IMG/VR virus record: IMGVR_UViG_3300002835_000128 | Origin: an uncultured virus (IMG/VR IMGVR_UViG_3300002835_000128) | Taxonomy: Duplodnaviria; Heunggongvirae; Uroviricota; Caudoviricetes | Length of the DNA: 64,000 bases | Direction: 5' to 3' (one strand) | Shown: positions 39,685 to 47,807 of the stretch, piece after piece | How positions within the stretch are numbered: the first letter of the stretch is position 1 | Layout of the letters: the number at the start of each line of letters is the position of its first letter | Notes under the pieces: generated by a model | The model's input: the letters and a program-made list of their open reading frames with translations, nothing else | The model's database searches: none | What the model was told of the DNA's origin: nothing | Program-made: the position numbers and the translations under genes

Positions 39685-39866
39685 GTCTTTCTCATGAAAC
39701 CTTAGGAAATCATTATCAAACTAATTTTGCTTTGATCCAGCACCACAAATACAGTTTAACAGAATTAGATGAAATGATTCCATGGGAAAGACAAATTTAT
39801 CTTGATATGTTAATTAAGTATTTGGAAGAAGAGAGAGAAAGAATAAAAAATCAAAAGAAGGCGTAA
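39681..39866 (+). CDS. gp51: gp51-like reading frame in the -1 frame of gp26, with no ATG before the conserved part (ISLSHETLGNHYQTNFALIQHHKYSLTELDEMIPWERQIYLDMLIKYLEEERERIKNQKKA)
   Basis: Translated by hand (absent from the ORF track); NFAL.QHHKYSL.E...MIPWER..Y motif; probably reached by frameshift. Confidence 0.8.
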   Translation: MSLSHETLGNHYQTNFALIQHHKYSLTELDEMIPWERQIYLDMLIKYLEEERERIKNQKKA

Positions 39867-39869
39867 TAA

Positions 39870-42254
39870 ATGGCAAAAGCTAAAACATCAAGACTTACAG
39901 AAATATACTTAGCCCAAAAATCTACTGGTGGCGGACTTGCTTCTGCCTTAGCAGAAAGAGCTAAAGAAAAATATGATCCTCGACAGGTATTCAACCAAAG
40001 TGGATTGTTGGCCGCTCTTTTACCTTCGGTATTCAAAGCATATAAGTCACCATCAAAATCTGCACTGAAAAGACCAAGTTCAATGGTCGATAAAAGTCTA
40101 GCGTCATCTTTTTCTCCTACTCTAGAAAATAAGATTGATCTTTTAGCCAATGAATCTAAAATAACTCAAATAAACACAAAGATAACAGCCAAAAACTCTT
40201 CTGTATTGCCAATGATGGCAAGAGATATGAATTTAACTCGTCAAAATATACAGAAGATAGCAAAAATACAGGCAGGATCAGCCGCAACAAAAGCAGATAT
40301 GTTTTTTAAAAGATCGGCTGAGAGGGAAAAGGAATATGAATCTAAAAAAGGAAAAGAAGTTGCTCTAGGAAAAACTGCATCTACTGGAAAAGATTCTAAA
40401 GGTGGTTTGGGAATAATGGGATTATTAGGTGGAGCTGCAAGTGGAATAGGAGGCGCTTTAAGTGGCGTTGCAGGAATTGCCGGTGGGGTTTTAGGAAGTT
40501 TAGGTGGAATTGTAACTTCGATTCTTGGTGGAATAGGAAGTCTTGTTGGTGGTGCTTTCTCAGGAATCTTTAGTGTTCTAGGAAGTGCTTTAGGTGGAAT
40601 GGGAATCTACGGAGTAATTCTTGCTGGTGTTGTTGGATTTTCTTTGTACTCATTATGGAAAAGTCTTGACTTTTCAGGAGTTGGTTCTGGTATAGGAGAT
40701 TCTTTAAGTTCAATCAAAGAAGCATTATCTGGTCTTTATGATGAGTTGGACAAAATGACCGGTGGTAAACTAAGTGAGTTCGTTGAAGATACGAAAAAAA
40801 TGTTTCAAGGAACAATAAACAAAATTGCTGCTGGCCTTGATACTGCTATAAGTTTATTTAAAGATTTAGGTACAGCTGTACTGAAAGATATGTACGGTTT
40901 TATGACGAATCTATTCCAAGAAAACAAAGGAAAAATACTTGGAATGATTGCAATTGGTGCTATGGGCGCCATGGGTGGTTTCAGTACATTGACTGGAGCA
41001 GCCGTATCGTTAGCTGTTGCTGCAGCAATGGCAGCTTACGGTAAGATGACTGGTGAAAAAACCGTTGACGAAGCAAAATCAGAAAATGAAGCCCTAAAAC
41101 TTGAGTTGCAGAAAACGATGAAAGAAGGTAAACAAGTTGCGACTTATGATGAAATGGGTAATGTCACAGGTTATACTACAGCCGGCGGTCGAGCAGCTGA
41201 ATTAGAAGAAAAGATAAAAGCAAACGAAGCTTTCATTAGAGAAAAAGAAGCAAGAACAAGTAACACTCAACAAGCATTAGGAAGATTTAGTGGAGGAAAT
41301 ATTGCTGATGAGTATGGAAGAAATCTTGCTATCAGAGAAGGAACATCTCCAACTCCTATTTTTGGACAAGAAGGTCCTGCTACAGAGAAACAAAGAACAA
41401 CAGCTGTTTCAACAGCAAAAGAATTTGCAGGAAAAACCGGTGCCGATTTTATTGCATCGATGGAAGGATTTGCAGGTAAAGCATATCTTGACCCTCCAGG
41501 AAACACAAAAGGCCAATACTCAGTTGGATATGGTCATTTAATTACAGAAGCGGAAGCAAAACAAGGATTCATCAATTTAGGTGATGGTAAAAAAATTACT
41601 GTAAAAGGTCCTGGCGGAAAAGACACCGTAGTTTCTAAAGAAGAAGCCAAAGCATTACTCAATTCAGATTTACCAAAATATGAAGCTGTAGCATCAAAAG
41701 GAGTTGGTGTAGATGCTTGGACAAAACTAAATCAAGATCAAAGAAACGCTCTTACATCACTAGCGTATAACGGTGGTCCTGGCCAAATCAATTATTTGGT
41801 TAAACAAGGATTAAGAGATGCTATTCTCAAAGGTGATAATGCTGCCGCTTCAAAAATAATTTATGAAAAAGGATGGAAAACTTCTGGTGGAAAATATCTT
41901 GCAGGTCTTGATACACGAAGATTAAAAGAATCCACATTATTTGGTGGTGGAGTGATGGAAGCGCCGACTCAAATGGCTCAATCTCCAACACCAGCAAAAG
42001 AAACACCGGGCAAGAAAGTTGAGAAACCTGTTCAAACAGCTTCGATGACTTTCCCACTTACACCATCTTCAGGAAAAGAAGTATCAGATGGAACAGTTCG
42101 AGTTGCTGAAGCAAAAACAATAGCCAAAGAAACACCAGCAAATATAACTAATATCACAAACAACAATGTTAGATCGTCATCAGGTTCTGGTGCAACTGCT
42201 AGTGCTTCTGTATATGATGATTTGTTTGCTAACTTAGTAGCAAGAGCTATATAA
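39870..42254 (+). CDS. Tape-measure-like protein with a GH24 lysozyme domain
   Basis: G/A/L-rich hydrophobic helices; EGF...AY.D......SVGYGH...NQ.Q..AL.SL.YN.G...RR..E..LF; follows gp26/gp51. Confidence 0.7.
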   Translation: MAKAKTSRLTEIYLAQKSTGGGLASALAERAKEKYDPRQVFNQSGLLAALLPSVFKAYKSPSKSALKRPSSMVDKSLASSFSPTLENKIDLLANESKITQINTKITAKNSSVLPMMARDMNLTRQNIQKIAKIQAGSAATKADMFFKRSAEREKEYESKKGKEVALGKTASTGKDSKGGLGIMGLLGGAASGIGGALSGVAGIAGGVLGSLGGIVTSILGGIGSLVGGAFSGIFSVLGSALGGMGIYGVILAGVVGFSLYSLWKSLDFSGVGSGIGDSLSSIKEALSGLYDELDKMTGGKLSEFVEDTKKMFQGTINKIAAGLDTAISLFKDLGTAVLKDMYGFMTNLFQENKGKILGMIAIGAMGAMGGFSTLTGAAVSLAVAAAMAAYGKMTGEKTVDEAKSENEALKLELQKTMKEGKQVATYDEMGNVTGYTTAGGRAAELEEKIKANEAFIREKEARTSNTQQALGRFSGGNIADEYGRNLAIREGTSPTPIFGQEGPATEKQRTTAVSTAKEFAGKTGADFIASMEGFAGKAYLDPPGNTKGQYSVGYGHLITEAEAKQGFINLGDGKKITVKGPGGKDTVVSKEEAKALLNSDLPKYEAVASKGVGVDAWTKLNQDQRNALTSLAYNGGPGQINYLVKQGLRDAILKGDNAAASKIIYEKGWKTSGGKYLAGLDTRRLKESTLFGGGVMEAPTQMAQSPTPAKETPGKKVEKPVQTASMTFPLTPSSGKEVSDGTVRVAEAKTIAKETPANITNITNNNVRSSSGSGATASASVYDDLFANLVARAI

Positions 42255-42276
42255 AAACCCCGCCGAAGCGGGGTTT
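42253..42276. terminator. Intrinsic terminator between convergent operons (UUCG loop on the minus strand)
   Basis: AAACCCCGC-CGAA-GCGGGGTTT with A/T tails. Confidence 0.85.
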
Positions 42277-42280
42277 AAAA

Positions 42281-43171
42281 TTAATCTGATTCTGCTAGTG
42301 ATTTAAAGTAATCTAACTCGTCATCACCACTTGATTTTGCTGCATCGAATGGAGTATCTTCGAGGTCAGGCGAAAGAGTTGGAACAAAATCTTCAGCTTT
42401 TGTTTTAGCAACAGGTGCACCATCAAAACCAAGAACTTTATCCAATCTCGACTTTAATTGGTCGTATGGTTTAAAGTTTTTCTTGTCAGTGAATTCTTTG
42501 AGAGAATATTCCTTTTTCCAAAGAGATTCAAGTTTCTCATCATCACCATCAAAGAGTGCAGACTTATCTGCAAATTCTGATTTATCATAATTACGATAAC
42601 CTTCAACATTACGGATCTTCAGTTTGAAGTTAGCGCCTTCCCATAGATCAAATGGGTTAACGGGAGTTTCATCAGCAAATTCTGGATTCATAGCTTCAGT
42701 AATCTTATCGAAGATTTTTTTGCCAAACTTGAATAGTTTGATTTGACCTTCGTTTTCTGGATTACTTGGATCAGAGATGACAAGAATGTTAGCAACATAA
42801 GATAGCTTACGCTTTTGTTTACGTGCAACATCTTTGTTAGCTTCGATACCAGAATTCCAAAGAGTGTTATTATGTTCACAAACAGGACACTTATCATTCA
42901 AGGTTGTCAGACAGTTATCAATGAACCATCCGCCTGGTCCTTGAAAACCGTGGCTGAATACTCTAACCCAGGGAAGAGCGTCATCACCATCAACACCAGG
43001 TGCTGGCAAGAAACGAATGATCGCCATACCGTTACCCGCTTTATCAACTTCTGGCTGCCAAAAACGATTATCGTCTTTTGACCCCTCGCCGGAAGATTGT
43101 GTTGCTTCGACTGCTTTGGAGAGTTTTTCGAGAGAGCTGCGATTGCGCTTGAGATTTGCAAAACTAGACAT
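42281..43171 (-). CDS. gp32: Single-stranded DNA-binding protein gp32
   Basis: D.RFW.P..DK.GNG.A.IRFLP; H.FQGPGGW.I.NC.TT...CPVCE; NPFD.W.GANFKLK; acidic tail. Confidence 0.95.
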   Translation of the reverse strand: MSSFANLKRNRSSLEKLSKAVEATQSSGEGSKDDNRFWQPEVDKAGNGMAIIRFLPAPGVDGDDALPWVRVFSHGFQGPGGWFIDNCLTTLNDKCPVCEHNNTLWNSGIEANKDVARKQKRKLSYVANILVISDPSNPENEGQIKLFKFGKKIFDKITEAMNPEFADETPVNPFDLWEGANFKLKIRNVEGYRNYDKSEFADKSALFDGDDEKLESLWKKEYSLKEFTDKKNFKPYDQLKSRLDKVLGFDGAPVAKTKAEDFVPTLSPDLEDTPFDAAKSSGDDELDYFKSLAESD

Positions 43172-43234
43172 ATTACTTCCTTTCGTATAAACGATGTATT
43201 AACGTAGTATAAAACGACTTATCCACAAAAACAT

Positions 43235-43263
43235 AATATAAACTTATTTAGTGTCTTTGTCAA
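43235..43263 (-). promoter_or_regulatory. Composite gp32 promoter: sigma70 TTGACA-17-TATATT with late CTAAATA inside the spacer
   Basis: -35 at 43258-43263, -10 at 43235-43240, late box at 43245-43251. Confidence 0.7.
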
Positions 43264-43750
43264 GCAGAACTTTCAACTTTTCCAGAGTTTTCTTTATATC
43301 TTTGTGAAGTATGCCGATGCCACCAGCTAAATCAAACCCATCGATTACATCTTCGGTATCATCGATAAGAATTGTTGTCGGAGTGGCATAGTTCTTTTTT
43401 AAACTTCTACCTGGAACAATATTTGCTTGATAATTGATTCCATGTTTTTTGAGCCAATATTTTTTTTGCTTTTTGACCTCTTCATGATATTTTTCTCCAC
43501 CAGAGGAAGAAAGTATTTCAACCTTGACATGTGGATATTTTTTTAAAAATTCAATCAATTCTTTACCGCCAGGAAACCAATTCAAATTTTTAAACTCACC
43601 CTGATGGATAAAGTTTGGCCAATTTTCATTAAAGTTTTTCCTGTCTCTCATACCCATACCATAGGCACCTTTTCCAAATAGTTCTATGAACCTATCTTCA
43701 AAATCACAAAGAACTCCATCCATGTCCAAATAAATCTTAGTTATTTTCAT
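43244..43750 (-). CDS. HAD-family 5'(3')-deoxyribonucleotidase-like protein
   Basis: IYLDMDGVLCDF; ILSS; K..W; ILIDD. Confidence 0.8.
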   Translation of the reverse strand: MKITKIYLDMDGVLCDFEDRFIELFGKGAYGMGMRDRKNFNENWPNFIHQGEFKNLNWFPGGKELIEFLKKYPHVKVEILSSSGGEKYHEEVKKQKKYWLKKHGINYQANIVPGRSLKKNYATPTTILIDDTEDVIDGFDLAGGIGILHKDIKKTLEKLKVLLDKDTK

Positions 43751-44340
43751 TTATCAATTACTTTCTTCAATATTAGTTTATACTTTGTGGCGTCTTTTGG
43801 TAAAAAAGGAGTATACTTTAAAACTTTAATCCTGAAATTTGGCCAATGAATCGTATCATTGATTTTCTTTGACCAAACAGGTATAAAGTTTAAAATATTG
43901 TTCAACAAGCAAAGACTCTCAATATGAATTTCTTTTCTCAAGGCACTCTTCAAAAGAATAGGATAATCACCGTCAGTTTTTAATACAACATTTGGATCTT
44001 CTATGCCTTCGAAAATACTTTTACAATCGTTTTCAAACATGTATGAAAGTGATTGAACTACCTTTTGATGTTTTCGATAGTTCATTTCAGCTTCATCTTG
44101 TAGAAGCGAGCCGACCCAAGTTTTTTCATTCTCGACAAAGTTAGACACAATAAACTCAATCATATCATCTTTATCCGAGTAACGCCGAGATAATTTATGA
44201 AAATGATATTTGTCTTTACGATTATCAAAGGAATTTAAACTGACATTAGACTTACCATTATATTTGAAGAAGTCATAAGATTCTTGAGAAAAGTGGAGTT
44301 TGATTGCTTGATATAAACCGAATGTTTCGTATCCCGTCAT
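43747..44340 (-). CDS. gp59: Helicase loader gp59
   Basis: Y.AIKLHF....YDFFKYNGK...F..RKDKY.F.KL; KY.PFL; adjacent to gp33. Confidence 0.85.
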   Translation of the reverse strand: MTGYETFGLYQAIKLHFSQESYDFFKYNGKSNVSLNSFDNRKDKYHFHKLSRRYSDKDDMIEFIVSNFVENEKTWVGSLLQDEAEMNYRKHQKVVQSLSYMFENDCKSIFEGIEDPNVVLKTDGDYPILLKSALRKEIHIESLCLLNNILNFIPVWSKKINDTIHWPNFRIKVLKYTPFLPKDATKYKLILKKVIDK

Positions 44341-44561
44341 ATTGGCAATCTAGACCCTTTCTCTTTTAGCATGTTATTATCCATAGCATCATTCTCAATC
44401 TTAGCTTTCAAATTTTGATTGACAAGAGTGGCAGCAACTTCAAGTTCAAGTCCTGTTTCTTTACAATATTCAACTATAGCTTCAATATAATTATAGTCTG
44501 TTCTGGCAACCAAAGAATCGATAGCCTTGGCGAATTTAGCCATTTCTTCTCTTGTTGGCAT
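44337..44561 (-). CDS. gp33: Late transcription coactivator gp33
   Basis: Y.EAIV.YC....LE.E....L....LK.KIE..A...N.L......LP. Confidence 0.85.
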   Translation of the reverse strand: MPTREEMAKFAKAIDSLVARTDYNYIEAIVEYCKETGLELEVAATLVNQNLKAKIENDAMDNNMLKEKGSRLPI

Positions 44562-44929
44562 TATCCGTTTAATCCACAGTTTTCTTCAAAGCACTTATGA
44601 CGGCTCATGACTTCTTTTGGTAATTTGCAAACAGGGCAAACAGGATCATCATCCAGAATGAAAGTTTCACCATCAATTTTGTCCATCGTAATTGGATTTG
44701 TGGACAGATCGTTTACCATATGAGAGAATACATCTGGATTATATTCTGGTTCAAGGTAGATTTCATCTTCTAAGTTTTCATTTTCATCAATGTTTTCATC
44801 AAGAACAAATCCTGCACCTTTGAGAAACAGGTCAACATTTTCTCTAATAGTTTCGAGAAATTCGGCTTCAAATGTTACAGTATTTTTGAAACCATCCCAA
44901 CTTTCACATTCAAGATAGAATTTAGGCAT
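44561..44929 (-). CDS. Hypothetical protein
   Basis: F.AE.L........FLKG.GF motif; C-terminal Cys cluster. Confidence 0.6.
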   Translation of the reverse strand: MPKFYLECESWDGFKNTVTFEAEFLETIRENVDLFLKGAGFVLDENIDENENLEDEIYLEPEYNPDVFSHMVNDLSTNPITMDKIDGETFILDDDPVCPVCKLPKEVMSRHKCFEENCGLNG

Positions 44930-45201
44930 TATTTTACCACCGTTTCGTAAAGAGTTTCGAATTGCTCATGTGTAGCAACTTCTTCATCATAGTTTTGTTT
45001 ATGATATACTTTAACCATCTTAGATACAATCTTTTTTGGTAGTTGCAAATTTTTGGAAGTATTCGTAACAACTTCACGAATAAATTCTTTTTCTGCTTCC
45101 ATCCTGACCATAGAATCAGAGCACTCTTTTAATGCAGTAAGAAGGCTTTCTCGATCTTTTGGATTGGATAACACATTAACTGATAACTGCTGAACTGCCA
45201 T
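44929..45201 (-). CDS. T4 DsbA-like double-stranded DNA-binding protein
   Basis: R..AEK..I........K...KM.K.YH.Q...EE....E.FE.LYE; near gp33. Confidence 0.65.
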   Translation of the reverse strand: MAVQQLSVNVLSNPKDRESLLTALKECSDSMVRMEAEKEFIREVVTNTSKNLQLPKKIVSKMVKVYHKQNYDEEVATHEQFETLYETVVK

Positions 45202-45213
45202 AATATATCTCCT

Positions 45214-45450
45214 TTATTTACGATTAGAAGCATGAGCTATACAAACAATGTCATCACTTTTAGCGTATGAACATCTAACAGAAAGGGGATCCACCCCTTT
45301 TGCAATAGCATTTTCAATGTTTGCTGCCATAAGTTTACGCTCGTTAAGGCCGTAAATACAAACAGCTGCAACGATTGAAAGTAAAACCAAAGTAATCGAA
45401 ATCATAGCAATTGATACTGTGGTTATACTACTCAATCCTTTCTCCATCAC
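45214..45450 (-). CDS. Small membrane protein
   Basis: N-terminal TM helix; G.DP..VRC motif. Confidence 0.6.
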   Translation of the reverse strand: MMEKGLSSITTVSIAMISITLVLLSIVAAVCIYGLNERKLMAANIENAIAKGVDPLSVRCSYAKSDDIVCIAHASNRK

Positions 45451-45473
45451 TTTCTCCTTTTCACTTGATAAAA

Positions 45474-46025
45474 TTACGAACTTTTCTTTACCTTGTTGTA
45501 GAATAAATGTCTACCTATCTGTGTAGTGTATCTCATATTATTCCAACCCGGTTTCACATAGTTAGCGTGAAAGAATAAAGCTCCTCTTGTTGGATCTTTA
45601 AACTTTTCAGTATAAAGGTAGAACGACAACGCTAATTCAGTTACACTATTATACAACGAATTAGTCTCAGTTGTCAAGAGTCCTTTTCGCATCATATCCT
45701 TTGGGCGATTTTCGCACACCCATGAGAACTGGCAAACTGTACCGACTTTTTGTTTTACTACGCCACAGTATGTGTCTGGAAAAACTCCAGATTGCATACG
45801 ATTGTGTGTAACAAATGCTACGGCGATTTGTCCAAGTCTTGGTTCTAGACCGGCTTCGAAATACATGTTCTGTGCAAGACATTCGACTTCCGATCTTGCT
45901 TGCGGTGATAAATCTTCTAGTTGAACTTTTGGATCAACTGGTATGTTTATTTGCGCTGCGGCGTGACCAACATAAAGAATAAATGCCGCAAATATACTAC
46001 AAAGTAATAGTGTGATGTAACGCAT
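45474..46025 (-). CDS. SleB-like cell wall hydrolase (Hydrolase_2)
   Basis: Signal peptide; CLA.N.YFEA..E...G..AV..V..NR; CQFSW; DPT.GA.FFHA.YV.P.W; IG.H.FY. Confidence 0.85.
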   Translation of the reverse strand: MRYITLLLCSIFAAFILYVGHAAAQINIPVDPKVQLEDLSPQARSEVECLAQNMYFEAGLEPRLGQIAVAFVTHNRMQSGVFPDTYCGVVKQKVGTVCQFSWVCENRPKDMMRKGLLTTETNSLYNSVTELALSFYLYTEKFKDPTRGALFFHANYVKPGWNNMRYTTQIGRHLFYNKVKKSS

Positions 46026-46044
46026 ACTTTCTCCTATAAGTTAG

Positions 46045-46064
46045 GAGTGTGCCGGAGCACACTC
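46045..46064 (-). promoter_or_regulatory. 8-bp hairpin with a UNCG-type loop between 46072..46344 and the SleB-like gene
   Basis: GAGTGTGC-TCCG-GCACACTC on the minus strand; no U-tract. Confidence 0.5.
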
Positions 46065-46071
46065 GGTCCCA

Positions 46072-46344
46072 TCAGGCAGATTTTTTGCTCTGTGATTTTT
46101 CTGCTGTAATGTTCGAAACGAATCCATTCAAAGACATTGCTTTGGTAATGATATCGTTTTCTGAGGGATAAGTTGGAAAGGCTGGATGTTCAGGTATTGC
46201 TTGCCCGTTTAGTTTAGCGGACTCTACCTTTACTTGCCATTCATTGATTAGGCGATCTTTGTTGGAGTGATACTCTTCCAACAAAAGGTCTTTTGCCATT
46301 TTTAGAAGTTCAAGACGAATCTCGAACGGTGTCAGATTACTCAT
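46072..46344 (-). CDS. Conserved phage protein (TPFEIRLELLKMAK type)
   Basis: AGGAG SD; late box CTAAATA at 46402-46408. Confidence 0.75.
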   Translation of the reverse strand: MSNLTPFEIRLELLKMAKDLLLEEYHSNKDRLINEWQVKVESAKLNGQAIPEHPAFPTYPSENDIITKAMSLNGFVSNITAEKSQSKKSA

Positions 46345-46421
46345 TTGCTTCTCCTGTGTTGTGTGTGTTTACTGGCGAAGTGTGTGTGGTGCCAGTACAT
46401 ATATTTAGTGATTTTATTCGT

Positions 46422-47090
46422 TCAATCCCACAAGTTACGGTAGTATTTGCCAAACAAACGCAGTCCATTATCTATACGCTCATACACCTTGCGTAAACCG
46501 TCATAGTCACAAACATATGTGTGATTAGGTCCATATTCCATAGTAGACGAGTGTGGATTATCTTCATTCTTGACAAACTTGTAATCAATTTCACCCGAAC
46601 TATATTCTTGTTCCCATGAATCATCAACAAGATGCTCAAAGGCAAAAATCATTTCATCAAGTACCCAGTTCCAACGTGCATGAATATCTGCTTCACCTTC
46701 TTTGATTTCATGTTCACTATAGAAATCAAATGATTTTTGTGAATCCCAATCTTCTTTTGTTGTGTAACGAAGATGTGGCGGTACATCTTCTAAATCAACA
46801 AAGCCAGAACCATGTTTTGTTTCTCTGAGTTTCTTCAACATCGGAAGAATGATTGGTGAGAGTGTGTGATCCATATTCCACACATCCCAATAATCAATCT
46901 TAACATATTGAATTCGTGGATGAACAAAGTCAAGAAACTTCATCCATGCGTTAGAAAACGGGTGAAGAATATCTGAGAGTTTTTTGATGATTGGCTCATC
47001 ATAATCAATTTCACGCCAAAAGAAAACTTTCTCCAGTATTGTATATGGAGAAATCCAATGATTACGATAATTTGACGAATAGACTTTCAC
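46422..47090 (-). CDS. Conserved hypothetical phage protein
   Basis: ID.WD.W.MD.TL..II.PML; RW.WVLDEMIFAFE; GL.LFGKYY..LWD. Confidence 0.7.
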   Translation of the reverse strand: MKVYSSNYRNHWISPYTILEKVFFWREIDYDEPIIKKLSDILHPFSNAWMKFLDFVHPRIQYVKIDYWDVWNMDHTLSPIILPMLKKLRETKHGSGFVDLEDVPPHLRYTTKEDWDSQKSFDFYSEHEIKEGEADIHARWNWVLDEMIFAFEHLVDDSWEQEYSSGEIDYKFVKNEDNPHSSTMEYGPNHTYVCDYDGLRKVYERIDNGLRLFGKYYRNLWD

Positions 47091-47092
47091 TT

Positions 47093-47461
47093 TTATACCT
47101 TGTGATTAACTTGAGAATCTCCAGGAAAAACCCGATGATTATCTTCAACAGAATCGGGAGTGGAAACTTCTATTACTGTTCCTTTTACAAAACAAATGAG
47201 TTGATGAGGAAATAAAGGAGGATTGTGCCAAGTCATTCCTGGTGTTAATCTGGAACTTTTCACTTCGGCAGTTTTAGTATCTATCCAGTTTACTTGAAAT
47301 TCTCCAGATAGAATATACCAAGTTTCATCTTTCTCAGCATGAAAATGCATACTAAACTTAGCACCCTCATTGAAATGCATCATCTTACCACAGTATTTGT
47401 CGTTGGTGCACCAAATTTCTTCGTGACCCCAACCTTTTTTAACTTTACCGTCAAGTCTCAT
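47093..47461 (-). CDS. Cupin-domain protein (sugar isomerase-like)
   Basis: KGWGHEEIW; SMHFH..K.ETWY; H.L....EVST. Confidence 0.7.
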   Translation of the reverse strand: MRLDGKVKKGWGHEEIWCTNDKYCGKMMHFNEGAKFSMHFHAEKDETWYILSGEFQVNWIDTKTAEVKSSRLTPGMTWHNPPLFPHQLICFVKGTVIEVSTPDSVEDNHRVFPGDSQVNHKV

Positions 47462-47477
47462 AATTTATCTCACTTAC

Positions 47478-47520
47478 AAAAATGATGCAAGGTGTTTTGG
47501 TTATAAGGCACACCTTGCGA
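47478..47520 (-). terminator. Terminator-like hairpin at the 3' end of the tmRNA coding piece
   Basis: GCAAGGTGT...ACACCTTGC followed by ATCATTTTT on the minus strand. Confidence 0.6.
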
Positions 47521-47806
47521 ACCCTCATCTAGCTATTTTAGGCAGCTAGAGCGTAACGCTCATCGTTTGCGTTTACTTGTTTTGCTCGGATTACGTCCGT
47601 CGCCTTTCGTGTTGCCTTCTCCACTATCTCACCCTGTCGAAACCATGTCTGGCCCATCAGAAGTGTCCTGCTGTTCACAGGTCGGGAATTCCAATCCTCA
47701 GAGTCTTGTTAAACTCTTACATATCACCCTAAACAACACTTCTGGTGGACCAGGTGGGAGTCGAACCCACGTCCAGAATGCCTTCACTTTGAAGGGATTA
47801 CAACAA
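47480..47806 (-). ncRNA. ssrA: Circularly permuted (two-piece) tmRNA with tag ANDERYALAA
   Basis: Acceptor piece first: T-arm GTGGGTTCGACTCCCAC then CTGGTCC-ACCA ending at 47743; 87-nt intervening segment; coding piece starts GGGCCAG at 47655 (G3.U70 pair); tag GCA...GCC TAA at 47570-47538; outer ends approximate. Confidence 0.92.
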
Positions 47807-47807
47807 T

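Noticed and set aside
19527..43171. Introns, inteins or homing endonucleases in core genes
   Set aside because: Core genes are continuous; no LAGLIDADG, HNH, GIY-YIG or intein terminal motifs noticed
47743..47776. Standalone tRNA-Ala
   Set aside because: Only a T-arm and acceptor 3' strand are present, with no anticodon arm; the partner strand and tag ORF lie downstream, so it is part of the permuted tmRNA
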